From contig CAVWVQ010000003.1 in NCBI GenBank assembly GCA_963758525.1, positions 1,760,001 through 1,824,000 of the forward strand: a stretch of DNA of 64,000 bases, read 5' to 3'. Shown piece by piece: positions 50,618 through 60,075 of this stretch. Within the stretch, counting starts at the first letter, position 1; each line of letters begins with the position of its first letter. The stretch is from an uncultured Phycisphaerales bacterium. GTDB lineage: Bacteria > Planctomycetota > Phycisphaerae > Tepidisphaerales > Tepidisphaeraceae. Below the pieces are notes generated by a model. The model did not search any database, had not been told where the DNA came from, and worked only from the letters and a program-made list of their open reading frames with translations. Both the position numbers and the translations under genes were made by a program.

Positions 50618-51088
50618 ATGTTTGGTATTTCGCGGAGAGTTTTCGGCGTTATGGCGGTAGCGGCATTCGGTTGCCTGATCAGCGGCAGCCTGGTTCGCGG
50701 CGATGACACGCCGACCGGCACGGGAACGATCACCGGCACCGTCACCACCAAGTCTTCGACCGGCGACACGACCCCCGTTGCGGGCGCAAAGGTCATGCTG
50801 ATGGCCCCCCGTGGCGAAGGCGCCGGCCCCACAACCAAGCCCGTACCGCAGGAGGCGCCCGCTGAAGGCGAGAAGCATCATCACGCCAAGCCGATCGCTG
50901 AAACCACCACCGGCTCCGACGGCACCTACTCTTTCACGAACATTGCCGCCGGCACCTACAACGTTGTCGCGGTGCTTAAGGGCACGGGCATGGGTCACGC
51001 CGAAGCAACTGTCGCCGCCGGCGGCTCCGTGAAGGTGGACATCACCCTCGCACCGCACGGAAAGAAGAAAGCTGCGTCGACGAACTAA
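50618..51088 (+). CDS. Secreted carboxypeptidase-regulatory-like (beta-sandwich) protein
   Basis: Signal peptide; GTITGTV...PVAGAKV...TTTGSDGTYSFTNIAAGTYNV. Confidence 0.75.
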   Translation: MFGISRRVFGVMAVAAFGCLISGSLVRGDDTPTGTGTITGTVTTKSSTGDTTPVAGAKVMLMAPRGEGAGPTTKPVPQEAPAEGEKHHHAKPIAETTTGSDGTYSFTNIAAGTYNVVAVLKGTGMGHAEATVAAGGSVKVDITLAPHGKKKAASTN

Positions 51089-51244
51089 GGGAAGTTATGA
51101 GACGGGGGAAGCGGTCGCGAGCGACCGGGCTAAAAAATAGAGGATCTCTGGGCCGGACCACTTGGTGGTCCGGCCCAGTTTCGTTTGACGCACGCTGGCA
51201 ATCTGTAATCGCCGTCATCCTTTGGAAAACTGCGTCGCCGCGGT

Positions 51245-51366
51245 AAGTTGTCGGCGCCGAATCCGGCCTGTGCGAGGTAACCACTCTTGTCGTTGGTGCG
51301 CCGCCAAGCCAGAAGATAATGAGTGAGCTTTGACGGCGCGATGATGGCGTCGGGGGGTATGATCAA
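51245..51366 (-). pseudogene. N-terminal remnant of a DUF6883-like protein
   Basis: AIIAPSKLTHYLL.....DKSGYLAQAGF, then similarity is lost. Confidence 0.45.
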
Positions 51367-51662
51367 GCGGGCATTGCCTCTCCGACTTGATCGGAAGGTA
51401 AATCTGTGCGGCGGAGCGCAATCTCACCAATAGCAGTCTTTGAGTCAAGGAAAAGGCGTTGCCGCACCGCGTAAAGTTGCCGCTGTGATTGAGCCCAAAG
51501 TAGCCGGCGGCGCTGACGCCAATCCGGGTTCAGCGAACCCGGCTGCAGTGTGTCCGAATGTGCAATGTGCCTTCAATGACCCAATCAATTTGACCGGCGA
51601 TCTCCTTTTAAAAAAAGTGATCGGCCGATCGCGGGACGTCGCGCGATCCGTTGCAGATGGAG

Positions 51663-52655
51663 TCAAAGAACCTTCTTGTACCAATCAAGTGTTGCCTCCA
51701 GCCCTGTGGCGAAGTCCACGAGGGGCGCATATCCCAACACGCTGCTCGCACGCTCCAGCGACGCGAACGAATGCTTTAAGTCGCCGGCACGTTCCGGCTC
51801 GTGCGTGGGCGTTAGATCCGGGCGATTGAACATTTCGCACATTTTTGCGGCCAGGGTGTTGACGGAGATGCTGCTGCCGCAGCCGACGTTGATCACTTCG
51901 CCGGCGATGGTGTGCGGCTTTCGCGCGGCCAGCAGATTGGCGTGTACGGCGTTGGCGACGAAGGTGAAGTCGCGGGATTGCTCGCCATCGCCGTGAATGA
52001 TCGGGCGCTTGCCGGCGTGCAGCGCCTTGGCGAAGGCGGCGATCACCGCGGCGTAGGCGCTGTTGGCGTTTTGCCGGGGGCCGAAGATATTGAAGTAACG
52101 GAGGGAAACTGTGTCCAGGGCGTAAGACCGGCTGAAGGCGCGGAGGAGGGCCTCGCCGGCGACTTTGGTCGCGGCGTAGGGGCTGCACGCGAGGGTCGGC
52201 ATCGTCTCGATCCAGGGGACGGGATTTTCGCCATAGGCGCTGGAACTGGCAGAGAACATGACGCGGCGCACGGACCGCGCATCGCGCGCGGCTTCGAGCA
52301 CGTTGAGCGTTCCGGTGGCGTTGGCCTCGTGAAACTTGCGCGGCTCAGCCACGCTGTGCGGCACGGAACCCAGGGCGGCCAGATGGAACACCACCTCACA
52401 ATTCCGCGTGCATTCGGCCAGCAATTCGCGATCGAGGATGGAGCCCCTGACGAACTCGACGGGGCCAAACGATGCGAGATTCCCGGTGTCTCCCCCGCTC
52501 AGGTCGTCGAGGACGACCACGGACGCGCCCAGCGCGCACAGTGCCTCGGCCAGGTGTGAGCCAATAAATCCGGCTCCTCCGGTGACCAGAGCGCGGCGTC
52601 CCGCAAAATCGTTTCCGTGCAATCGCCGCCAATCAATGGGGAGAATCTGCTGCAT
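51663..52655 (-). CDS. NAD-dependent epimerase/dehydratase (UDP-sugar 4-epimerase-like)
   Basis: TGGAGFIGSH, HLAALGSVP, SSSAYG, YAATK, LRYFNIFGPRQ, GDGEQSRDFTFV. Confidence 0.93.
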   Translation of the reverse strand: MQQILPIDWRRLHGNDFAGRRALVTGGAGFIGSHLAEALCALGASVVVLDDLSGGDTGNLASFGPVEFVRGSILDRELLAECTRNCEVVFHLAALGSVPHSVAEPRKFHEANATGTLNVLEAARDARSVRRVMFSASSSAYGENPVPWIETMPTLACSPYAATKVAGEALLRAFSRSYALDTVSLRYFNIFGPRQNANSAYAAVIAAFAKALHAGKRPIIHGDGEQSRDFTFVANAVHANLLAARKPHTIAGEVINVGCGSSISVNTLAAKMCEMFNRPDLTPTHEPERAGDLKHSFASLERASSVLGYAPLVDFATGLEATLDWYKKVL

Positions 52656-52738
52656 CTCTTTCAAACTCCAGACCGCCCCGCTGCAATCCCTTTCATAAAG
52701 CGTCGATGGGGATTGTAATAGCTGATCGAGGCTTTGGC

Positions 52739-54808
52739 ATGATCCCGCCACTCCCAGCCGATGAATCGCAGCGCTTGGCCGCATTGCGCGAATACCAGGT
52801 TCTCGACACGCCGCCCGAGGAGGCGTTTGATGATTTGGTGAAGGTTGCCGCGGAAGTGTGCCGCTCCCCCGTAGCGCTGATGACGCTGCTCGACGAGAGC
52901 CGGCAATGGTTCAAGGCATGTGTCGGAACGAGCGCGACACATACTGCCCGCGACATTTCCTTTTGCGGGCACGCGATCCTCAGCCACGAAGTCATGATTG
53001 TTCCCGACACGACGCTGGACGCGCGGCTGAAGGACAATCCTGACGTGATCGCGGGGGCCCGCTACCGCTTTTATGCGGGGGCGCCGCTGGTTACGCGCGA
53101 CGGGCATGCCCTGGGGACGTTGTGCGTGCTGGATTATGTCGCGCGAGAGTTGTCCGCCTCGCAGATCGGCGCGCTGCAGGCGCTGAGCCGGCAGGTCATC
53201 TCGCAACTGGAATTGCGTCGGTTGCTGACGGTGTCGCGCAGGGTGGAGTCGGAGATGATTGCCGCCAACGAGGCGGCCGAGCGTGAGCGGCAGGTGTCGG
53301 AGGAGGCCAGCCGTGCAAAGAGCCGGTTTCTGGCGAACATGAGCCACGAGCTGCGGACGCCGTTGAATTCGATCATCGGCTACAGCGAGATGATCGAAGA
53401 GGAGGCGGCGGAGCTGGGGCAGGAGCAGACCGTTTCCGATCTGAAGAAGATTCAGCAGGCCGGTCGGCATCTGCTGCGATTGATCAACGACGTTCTGGAT
53501 TTCTCCAAGATCGAGGCCGGGAAGGCAAGCGTCTTCGTCGAGCCGATTGACGTGCGCCTGATGGTGCGCGATGCGGTTGAAACGATCCGGCCCATGGTCC
53601 AACAGCAACGCAATACCCTCGAGGTTGTCTGCGAGGATCGGATTGGATTGATGGATTCGGATCTGACGAAAATTCGCCAGTGCCTGTTTAACGTGCTGGG
53701 CAACGCGGCGAAGTTCACGGAGGACGGGGTGATTCGTCTCCATGCCGCGCGCGTCCAGCGCGACCACCGCGAATGGATCGAATTTCGGATCAGCGACACC
53801 GGCATCGGGATCAGCGACGAGCAGTGCTCGCGGCTCTTTGCCCCCTTCACGCAGGCCGACCCGGACATGCAGCGCAAGTACGGCGGCACGGGACTGGGCC
53901 TGGCGATCATGCGCCAGTTCTGCTGGCTGATGGGCGGCGACATTGCCGTTGAGAGCGAGCAGGGAAAAGGCGCGACGTTCACGATCCGGCTGCCCGTCCA
54001 CTGTCCGCGGGATGAGCCCGCGCCGGCGCTGGCGGCGCTGACGGCTGCCCTTCCCGCGCCGGGCTCTGCCAAGACCGTGCTGGTGATCGATGATGACGAC
54101 GCGGCGCGCGAGTTGATGGTTCGCCATCTGCAGCGAGAGGGATTCACGGCCGTGGCGGCGTCGTCGGGTCCCGAGGGACTGCGGATTGCCCGGGAGATAC
54201 ATCCCGCGGCGATCACGCTCGATGTGGTGATGCCTCAGATGGACGGATGGGCGGTGCTGGCCGCGCTGAAGGCGGACGCCGAGCTGGCCGCGATTCCGGT
54301 GATCATGCTGAGCATGGTGGATGACAAGCAGATGGGCTACGCGCTGGGAGCGGCCGACTACCTGGTCAAGCCGGTGGGGCGCGGGCAATTGGCCGAGCTG
54401 CTGGACCAATACAAGACGGAGAAGGCCGATCGCCCGGTGCTGGTGGTGGAGGACGACGTCGACACGCGCAACATGCTTTGCCGGACCCTGCAGTTGGAAG
54501 GATGGACGGTGACGTCGGCGGAGGACGGGCAGGACGCGTTGCGGTGCGTCGCCGAGCGCCGGCCCGCGCTGATTTTGCTGGACCTCATGATGCCGCGCAT
54601 GAACGGCTTTGAGTTCATCGCCGAGATGCGCAAAGTGGACAGCTATCGGTCGATTCCGATCGTTGTCGTCACCGCCCGGCACCTCACCGCCGACGATCGC
54701 AACCAACTGGACGGAGCCGTCTACAAAGTGCTTCGCAAAGTGGCTTCAACCCGCGAAGAACTGATGCAGTCGGTCAGCGAGTTGATGAACCGGAGGATTA
54801 AGCGCTGA
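52739..54808 (+). CDS. Hybrid histidine kinase GAF-HisKA-HATPase-REC-REC
   Basis: SFCGHAI GAF, FLANMSHELRTPLN, NAAKFT, DTGIG, GGTGLGL, two receiver domains. Confidence 0.95.
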   Translation: MIPPLPADESQRLAALREYQVLDTPPEEAFDDLVKVAAEVCRSPVALMTLLDESRQWFKACVGTSATHTARDISFCGHAILSHEVMIVPDTTLDARLKDNPDVIAGARYRFYAGAPLVTRDGHALGTLCVLDYVARELSASQIGALQALSRQVISQLELRRLLTVSRRVESEMIAANEAAERERQVSEEASRAKSRFLANMSHELRTPLNSIIGYSEMIEEEAAELGQEQTVSDLKKIQQAGRHLLRLINDVLDFSKIEAGKASVFVEPIDVRLMVRDAVETIRPMVQQQRNTLEVVCEDRIGLMDSDLTKIRQCLFNVLGNAAKFTEDGVIRLHAARVQRDHREWIEFRISDTGIGISDEQCSRLFAPFTQADPDMQRKYGGTGLGLAIMRQFCWLMGGDIAVESEQGKGATFTIRLPVHCPRDEPAPALAALTAALPAPGSAKTVLVIDDDDAARELMVRHLQREGFTAVAASSGPEGLRIAREIHPAAITLDVVMPQMDGWAVLAALKADAELAAIPVIMLSMVDDKQMGYALGAADYLVKPVGRGQLAELLDQYKTEKADRPVLVVEDDVDTRNMLCRTLQLEGWTVTSAEDGQDALRCVAERRPALILLDLMMPRMNGFEFIAEMRKVDSYRSIPIVVVTARHLTADDRNQLDGAVYKVLRKVASTREELMQSVSELMNRRIKR

Positions 54809-54904
54809 GCGGAACATCGGGCTGAAGCTTGTGGCGGGTGTCTGGCCGCCGGTATCATTTTCATCGATTCAGGGGCGCCAGCCGTTCGACAACGAGTAGG
54901 GAGC

Positions 54905-55348
54905 ATGGTCCATCCAGCCGTTAACCCATCTCCCGACTATTTTCGGCGCGATCAGCTGGCGGGCGTCACGGGGCCGGATCTTCATAAAAGCTGCACCTTC
55001 GCGGAGCACATCGTTCGCGCGCGCGGCAAACGGACCCAGTTCACAAGCGTGACTCTTGCACCCGACAAATGCCACGATTTCGGGGAAAGCATCTATCGTC
55101 TGCTGCGGCCACAAGTCGATAACGCCGGGCATGCCGTCGTGGAACATTCGGCGCTCCTGGCAGCACTCCTGCAGGCGGCGCGGAATGAGGAAAGGGCGGA
55201 GCGAGCGAGGGCCTTACAAGCGATCCGGTACGCAAGAAGGCGATTAGAAGGGCTCGTGAGATGGAGATTCGACGTGTCGCGGATCGAGCGTAAGGATATC
55301 ATCAGTTTTGCCACGACCCAGATTGCCGGGTTCTTTGTGAAAGTGTAG
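54905..55348 (+). CDS. Hypothetical protein, candidate ADP-ribosyltransferase-fold
   Basis: GGGAG RBS; YFRRD, EHIV, FTSVT, EGLV. Confidence 0.55.
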   Translation: MVHPAVNPSPDYFRRDQLAGVTGPDLHKSCTFAEHIVRARGKRTQFTSVTLAPDKCHDFGESIYRLLRPQVDNAGHAVVEHSALLAALLQAARNEERAERARALQAIRYARRRLEGLVRWRFDVSRIERKDIISFATTQIAGFFVKV

Positions 55349-55350
55349 TC

Positions 55351-56154
55351 ATGGATTCCCTGTTCAGTTGCCGAAACTGCATCCAGAATTGCGGCCAGAG
55401 CCTGAACCTGGGGCGGGGCGCCGGCTACTGCTTGCATCATAATTCGCTGATCCAGGATCCGGAAGACACGACGTGCAAGTACCTGCACCGGCAGGATCTT
55501 CCTCGGTTCGTGGTGGAAGAAGGGCTTGAGGAGCACGCAGTCGAGTTTCTGCAATTCCCGGCAATGGTTACGCTCAGCACGAAGCAACCGCTTCGCAAGC
55601 AGTGGTACAGCGAGCGTGTGGACTGGGAGCGGGGTGAATTTGACCCGCTCGTATTGCTTAGCGCTCGTTACCATCGGGAGAGTCATGCCTGGGTCATGAT
55701 TCAGACGTTGTCGGGGCGGGTAGACGGTCGCGTCTCAATGGCGCACGCGGCGCTGATACGTCGGTACATGCACCAATGCGGCACTTGGACAAGTTCATAC
55801 CGCCTCGTACTTTCTTTGCTCCGTGAACTCGATGCGAAACCGCAGTTTGACCCAGCGGACCTGGTCATTCGGGACGGTGACGACGAGCAATCGGTTGCCG
55901 ATGACGCCGTCTGGGACGTTGTCTTCAGCAGACTTGCGGCGATTCAGGAGTACGGCTGGCATTCGGGGCTCCAAGAGCTGCTCTGGGCCACCGACGGTTT
56001 CAATGGCGCCTTAACTGACTTCGATTGGGATCTGTTGCAGCCCGAACTCGCGGCCAAGAGAAGGACTTGGACAGAGCAAGTCATCGACCATGCAAAGCAA
56101 CAGGGAGAGTTCTTCCCGCCGGTTGTGGTTGAATCACCGGAGGAAAATCGGTGA
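55351..56154 (+). CDS. Hypothetical protein with N-terminal Cys cluster
   Basis: CRNCIQNC...GYCLHH...TTC; starts 2 nt after upstream stop. Confidence 0.65.
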   Translation: MDSLFSCRNCIQNCGQSLNLGRGAGYCLHHNSLIQDPEDTTCKYLHRQDLPRFVVEEGLEEHAVEFLQFPAMVTLSTKQPLRKQWYSERVDWERGEFDPLVLLSARYHRESHAWVMIQTLSGRVDGRVSMAHAALIRRYMHQCGTWTSSYRLVLSLLRELDAKPQFDPADLVIRDGDDEQSVADDAVWDVVFSRLAAIQEYGWHSGLQELLWATDGFNGALTDFDWDLLQPELAAKRRTWTEQVIDHAKQQGEFFPPVVVESPEENR

Positions 56155-56167
56155 CTCGCCGACAGTA

Positions 56168-57193
56168 TTACCCTGGAATGGGAAACGTCACTTCAATCCA
56201 CGCGCAGTCGCTTCTGGCCTTGATGATCGGATTCTTCATTGCCGCGGGCAGCAGAACCGTCTCTCCACGTTTGAGAGGCGTGGGTTCCGCGACGCCGTCG
56301 ACGCGAATTTCCGCTTCCCCTTCCAGCATCATCCAGACGACCGGATCGTCGTACGGCACCGGCTGCTCGACGCCATTGCTGAGCTTCACCTTGTCCATGT
56401 TGAAATAGGGACAGGCCACGAGATGCGTTACCGTTGTCGAAGCGGTTGCGAGATGGGTCTGCTCCGGCTGCGGCGCGGGCTTGCCGGAGAAGTCGATGCA
56501 CTGCAGGGCCTGGTCGACGTGCAGCGTTCGGAGCTTGCCGGTCGAGGGATCGACGCGGTTGAAGTCGAACACGCGGAATGTCGTGTCACTGGGGGTCTGG
56601 ACCTCGGCGGCGAGAATCCCGGCGCCCAGCGCGTGAACGGTGCCGCTGGGAAGGTAATAGCATTCGCCTTCCTTGACGGGGATGGATTTGAGAAAGCGTT
56701 CGCTCGTGCCATCGCTTAGGGACGCGCGGTATTGATCTTTGCTGACGCCCGGGGCGAGGCCCTTGAAGATGCGCGCGCCGGGATCATTTTCGAGAACGTA
56801 CCAGGCCTCGCTCTTCAAATGCGCTTTGGGATGCGCGTCGGCATATTCCTGCGGAGGATGCACCTGCACGGACAGATCCTCGCGCGCATCGAGAAACTTG
56901 ATGAGAATGGGAAACTGGCCCGCGCCGGCGAGTGGGACGTTGCCTGTCAAATCGCGGCCGAACTCCGCGACTGCCCAATGGAGCGACTTGCCGGCGAGCG
57001 GGCCGTTAGCGATCCGGGCACTGACCCAATCGCTGGTTTTCTCCACCACGCCGGGCGGGAAATCAAACAACTCCCAGCTTTCGCCGATCGGCTTGTTGGG
57101 CGGGAGAGGCTTGCCGAGCACCGTTTCAATTTTCCGTCCGCCCCACATCTTCTCAACCAGACGGGGGTGAAACTTCAGAGGGTATAACGCCAT
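56168..57193 (-). CDS. manA: Type I phosphomannose isomerase (cupin)
   Basis: WGG, IGESWE, FPILIKFLDAREDLSVQVHP, KSEAWY, GTVHALGAG, EVQTPSDTTFR. Confidence 0.9.
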   Translation of the reverse strand: MALYPLKFHPRLVEKMWGGRKIETVLGKPLPPNKPIGESWELFDFPPGVVEKTSDWVSARIANGPLAGKSLHWAVAEFGRDLTGNVPLAGAGQFPILIKFLDAREDLSVQVHPPQEYADAHPKAHLKSEAWYVLENDPGARIFKGLAPGVSKDQYRASLSDGTSERFLKSIPVKEGECYYLPSGTVHALGAGILAAEVQTPSDTTFRVFDFNRVDPSTGKLRTLHVDQALQCIDFSGKPAPQPEQTHLATASTTVTHLVACPYFNMDKVKLSNGVEQPVPYDDPVVWMMLEGEAEIRVDGVAEPTPLKRGETVLLPAAMKNPIIKARSDCAWIEVTFPIPG

Positions 57194-57234
57194 GCCCCGT
57201 GTTGTAGCGGAAAAAGTCGAGAGGGGAAGCCTTG

Positions 57235-57312
57235 AGGGTATCAGGGTGTCAGGGTTCAGGGTGTCAGGGTTCAGCGGGAACACGACGACTGAACCCTGCG
57301 CCCTGACACCCT
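57235..57312. repeat. Heptamer/octamer tract (CAGGGTT/CAGGGTGT) with inverted copy
   Basis: GGGTATCAGGGTGTCAGGGTTCAGGGTGTCAGGGTTCAG ... CTGAACCCTG..CCCTGACACCC; similar unit at ~50079. Confidence 0.65.
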
Positions 57313-57381
57313 CGCGTCGAATGCAAATCCAATACGTGCTCCGCTGCGCGTCGCGGCTAACCTCGGGGGCCTCGCTGCAAC

Positions 57382-57585
57382 TCATTGATTGTCGGTCGTC
57401 TTGGATTTTTCCGTGACTACGTCGCCGTTGGGGGCAACCTTTTTCACGGTCTCTTCATGGGTCGTGGTGCCGTCGGAATGTTGGACGGTTGTCTCATCGC
57501 GCTTGACCTCGCGATCACATCCGACCACCATCGGGAGAGCGACCAACATGGACACGGACAACGCGGTTGACACGAGCTTACGCAT
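57382..57585 (-). CDS. Small lipoprotein
   Basis: GAGGAG RBS, hydrophobic signal, VVGC lipobox, Thr/Asp-rich tail. Confidence 0.7.
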   Translation of the reverse strand: MRKLVSTALSVSMLVALPMVVGCDREVKRDETTVQHSDGTTTHEETVKKVAPNGDVVTEKSKTTDNQ

Positions 57586-57724
57586 ACACTGCTCCTCTTG
57601 TGTTAGGTTCCACCACATAAGGCTGAGCAAAGGTGGGGCCAGCATGCGGATGACTCCGCCCACGCGTCAGCGTCCTGAAATCGCTACTGTCGAGTCCGTT
57701 TATTCCGATTAGCTGGAGATTCCC

Positions 57725-58081
57725 ATGGCAGATACGACACAAGAGACGCCGACGACAATCAACTACGACGATTTCGCAAAACTGGATCTACGCGTGGCAA
57801 CGGTCGTCGAATGCGTGGCGCATCCGAATGCGGACAAGCTGCTGCTGCTGAAAGTGGATATTGCCGGCGAGCGCCGGCAGATTTGCGCCGGGCTTCGCGC
57901 GCACTATCAGCCGGAGCAGCTTGTCGGGAAGCAGATCATTGTTGTGGCGAATCTCGCTCCGCGGCAGATGCGCGGCGAGATCAGCCAGGGGATGCTCCTG
58001 GCCGCGACGGATCCGGCGACGTCGCGCGTGGTATTTATCGCGCCGAGCGAGGCCGTGGCATCGGGGGCGAAGGTGAGCTGA
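57725..58081 (+). CDS. Stand-alone tRNA-binding OB domain (MetG C-terminal/CsaA/Trbp111)
   Basis: INYDDFAKLDLRVA, HPNADKLL, NLAPRQMRGEISQGMLLAA. Confidence 0.92.
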   Translation: MADTTQETPTTINYDDFAKLDLRVATVVECVAHPNADKLLLLKVDIAGERRQICAGLRAHYQPEQLVGKQIIVVANLAPRQMRGEISQGMLLAATDPATSRVVFIAPSEAVASGAKVS

Positions 58082-58142
58082 ACGGCGCTTCGCTTCGAAA
58101 CCCGAATTCCGGAACCAGAATGTCGAATCAACCAGGCATCCT

Positions 58143-58439
58143 TCACATTTTCGCGGCGAGAACGTCCACCTTCTCAATCACTGGCGGCTTTGCGAGCAAC
58201 TCTCCCGCCTTGGCCATCAGGGCAGCTGCAATCGGCCCGGTGAGGTGAGCGGTTCGCCCGGCTTCGTCATCGAACGTGTCGAAGATGCCGAACGTCGACG
58301 GACCGATCTTGATCGCGAACCACGTTGTGGTTCCCTTCTCCTGCTGAGCCAGCGGCAGTGCCCCGGCGAGAAAGTGTTCGACCTCGGCCTCTTTGCCTTT
58401 TTTAGCTTCCACGCGCGCGAGAATTCCATACTTCGCCAT
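58143..58439 (-). CDS. Antibiotic biosynthesis monooxygenase (ABM) family protein
   Basis: EAKKGKE, E.GTTTWFA, FGIFDTFDDEAGR.AHL.G.IAAAL. Confidence 0.85.
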   Translation of the reverse strand: MAKYGILARVEAKKGKEAEVEHFLAGALPLAQQEKGTTTWFAIKIGPSTFGIFDTFDDEAGRTAHLTGPIAAALMAKAGELLAKPPVIEKVDVLAAKM

Positions 58440-58483
58440 GACGATCTCCTTTGGTTACTGCGGATTCTAGGCCCGCGTCGTAC

Positions 58484-58577
58484 CACGGGTTTCCAACCCG
58501 TGCCTGCATCTTTTTTTAGGCGGGCAATCTGCCATTTCTTCACTGCTGTTATGATTCGCACCGGTTGGAAACCCGTG
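58484..58577. repeat. REP-like inverted repeat
   Basis: CACGGGTTTCCAACC ... GGTTGGAAACCCGTG. Confidence 0.7.
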
Positions 58578-58581
58578 ATAC

Positions 58582-58791
58582 ATGAAAAAACGTAAACGCC
58601 GCCGACCGGCTGACGACGCCTCGTATGTCTGCCCGACGTGCGGCGAGCAGATCGTCGTTCCCATCGACGTCTCGGGCGGACGCGACCAGCAATACGTTGA
58701 AGACTGCCCGGTCTGCTGCAATCCGAATGTGATTCACGTCGAATTCTTCGGCGAGGGCGAGCCGCCAAGGATCTGGGCGGATGCGGAATGA
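58582..58791 (+). CDS. CPXCG-motif cysteine-rich protein
   Basis: CPTCGE...QQYVEDCPVCCNP. Confidence 0.85.
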   Translation: MKKRKRRRPADDASYVCPTCGEQIVVPIDVSGGRDQQYVEDCPVCCNPNVIHVEFFGEGEPPRIWADAE

Positions 58792-58798
58792 ATGATCG

Positions 58799-59854
58799 TT
58801 ACTCCGCCCAGCCGTGGGCATCTCTCACTTTGAGCATCGCCGCGAGGATGTCATTCCACGTCTTCGGCTGTTTCATGACGGCGTTGGGAAACATGCAGCC
58901 GTCCCAGCAGATGTGGCGGAAGGCCTTGGTGACCTGGCCCATTTCATCGCGGAGCCAGTAGCCGGCCTCGCGGGGGATGTTGAGTTTGCCGTTCGGATCG
59001 CTGGCGAGGCAGTGCCGGCCGGTCTTGTCGTGGGAGCCGGAGCCTTTGACGGTGGCGTCGTTTTGGGCGACGTGAAAGTCGATTGTCCAGGGGCGCAGGG
59101 CGGCGGTGAGCTGTCGGTACGCCTGATCGAACTGCTTGTCGTTTTTCCAATCAAAGCTGGCGGGAAGCAGCGCGTCTTCGGGGGCGTTGTAGCCGAGCAC
59201 GTAGAGAAGCGTGTGCGCCATGTCGGCCTGGAATCCGATCACGCCGGGGCGGTCCACGAGCTCGAGCAACTCGACCATGCTTCTCCAACTGTGCATGCCG
59301 CCCCAGCAGATTTCTCCCTCGGCGGCGAGGCGCTCGCCGAACTCCGCCGCCACATCGCAGGCTTCGCGGAAGGTCTGGGCGATCAACTTCTGATTGGCTG
59401 GCGGGTCGCTGTACCAGGCATCGGGACTGGCCGCCGAGTCAATGCGGATGACGCCGTGCGGACGTACGCCAAGCTCGCGCAGCCTGCGGGCGATGCGGGC
59501 GGCTTTACGCACCTGGTCGACGAATTTTTTGCGTTCTTCGGGTCCGCCCATCGCGGAGCCGCCGCCGGTCGGCGGCCAGACCGGCGCGACGACGGAGCCG
59601 ACCATCAGATTGCGCGACTGCACTTTTTCGGCCAGGCGTTTGAGCTCGTCTTCGGACGCATCGATATTGACGTGCGGATCGAAGAGGAACAGATCGACGC
59701 CATCGAAGTGCACGCCATCCACTTCCGCGGCGGCGGTGAAATCGAGCATGGTGTCGAGGTCGAACGCCGGCTCGGAGTCGGGGCCCTTGCCGACGAGTCC
59801 AGGCCAGGCGGCGTTGTGGAGCTTGGGGAAGTTGTTCACGTGCGATGATGGCAT
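58799..59854 (-). CDS. Sugar phosphate isomerase/epimerase (xylose isomerase-like TIM barrel)
   Basis: [29 protein letters not shown]. Confidence 0.82.
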   Translation of the reverse strand: MPSSHVNNFPKLHNAAWPGLVGKGPDSEPAFDLDTMLDFTAAAEVDGVHFDGVDLFLFDPHVNIDASEDELKRLAEKVQSRNLMVGSVVAPVWPPTGGGSAMGGPEERKKFVDQVRKAARIARRLRELGVRPHGVIRIDSAASPDAWYSDPPANQKLIAQTFREACDVAAEFGERLAAEGEICWGGMHSWRSMVELLELVDRPGVIGFQADMAHTLLYVLGYNAPEDALLPASFDWKNDKQFDQAYRQLTAALRPWTIDFHVAQNDATVKGSGSHDKTGRHCLASDPNGKLNIPREAGYWLRDEMGQVTKAFRHICWDGCMFPNAVMKQPKTWNDILAAMLKVRDAHGWAE

Positions 59855-60075
59855 GAAATCTCCTGATCAACTTGATGATGGGAACATCGGGGCGCTCCGC
59901 GAAGGGGCGAGCCACGGCGGTGTGGTTTGGCGAAGTTGGCTCGACGCGACGTTCGAACGTTGGCTCTCAATGACAATCCGAAATTTGAGATTTGAAATAT
60001 TGCAATCCTCAATTGCAACGCCTCTTTCGTCCCCGCTTCGCGTCTTCCTTCGCGTCTTCGCGCCCTCGCGGTTCT

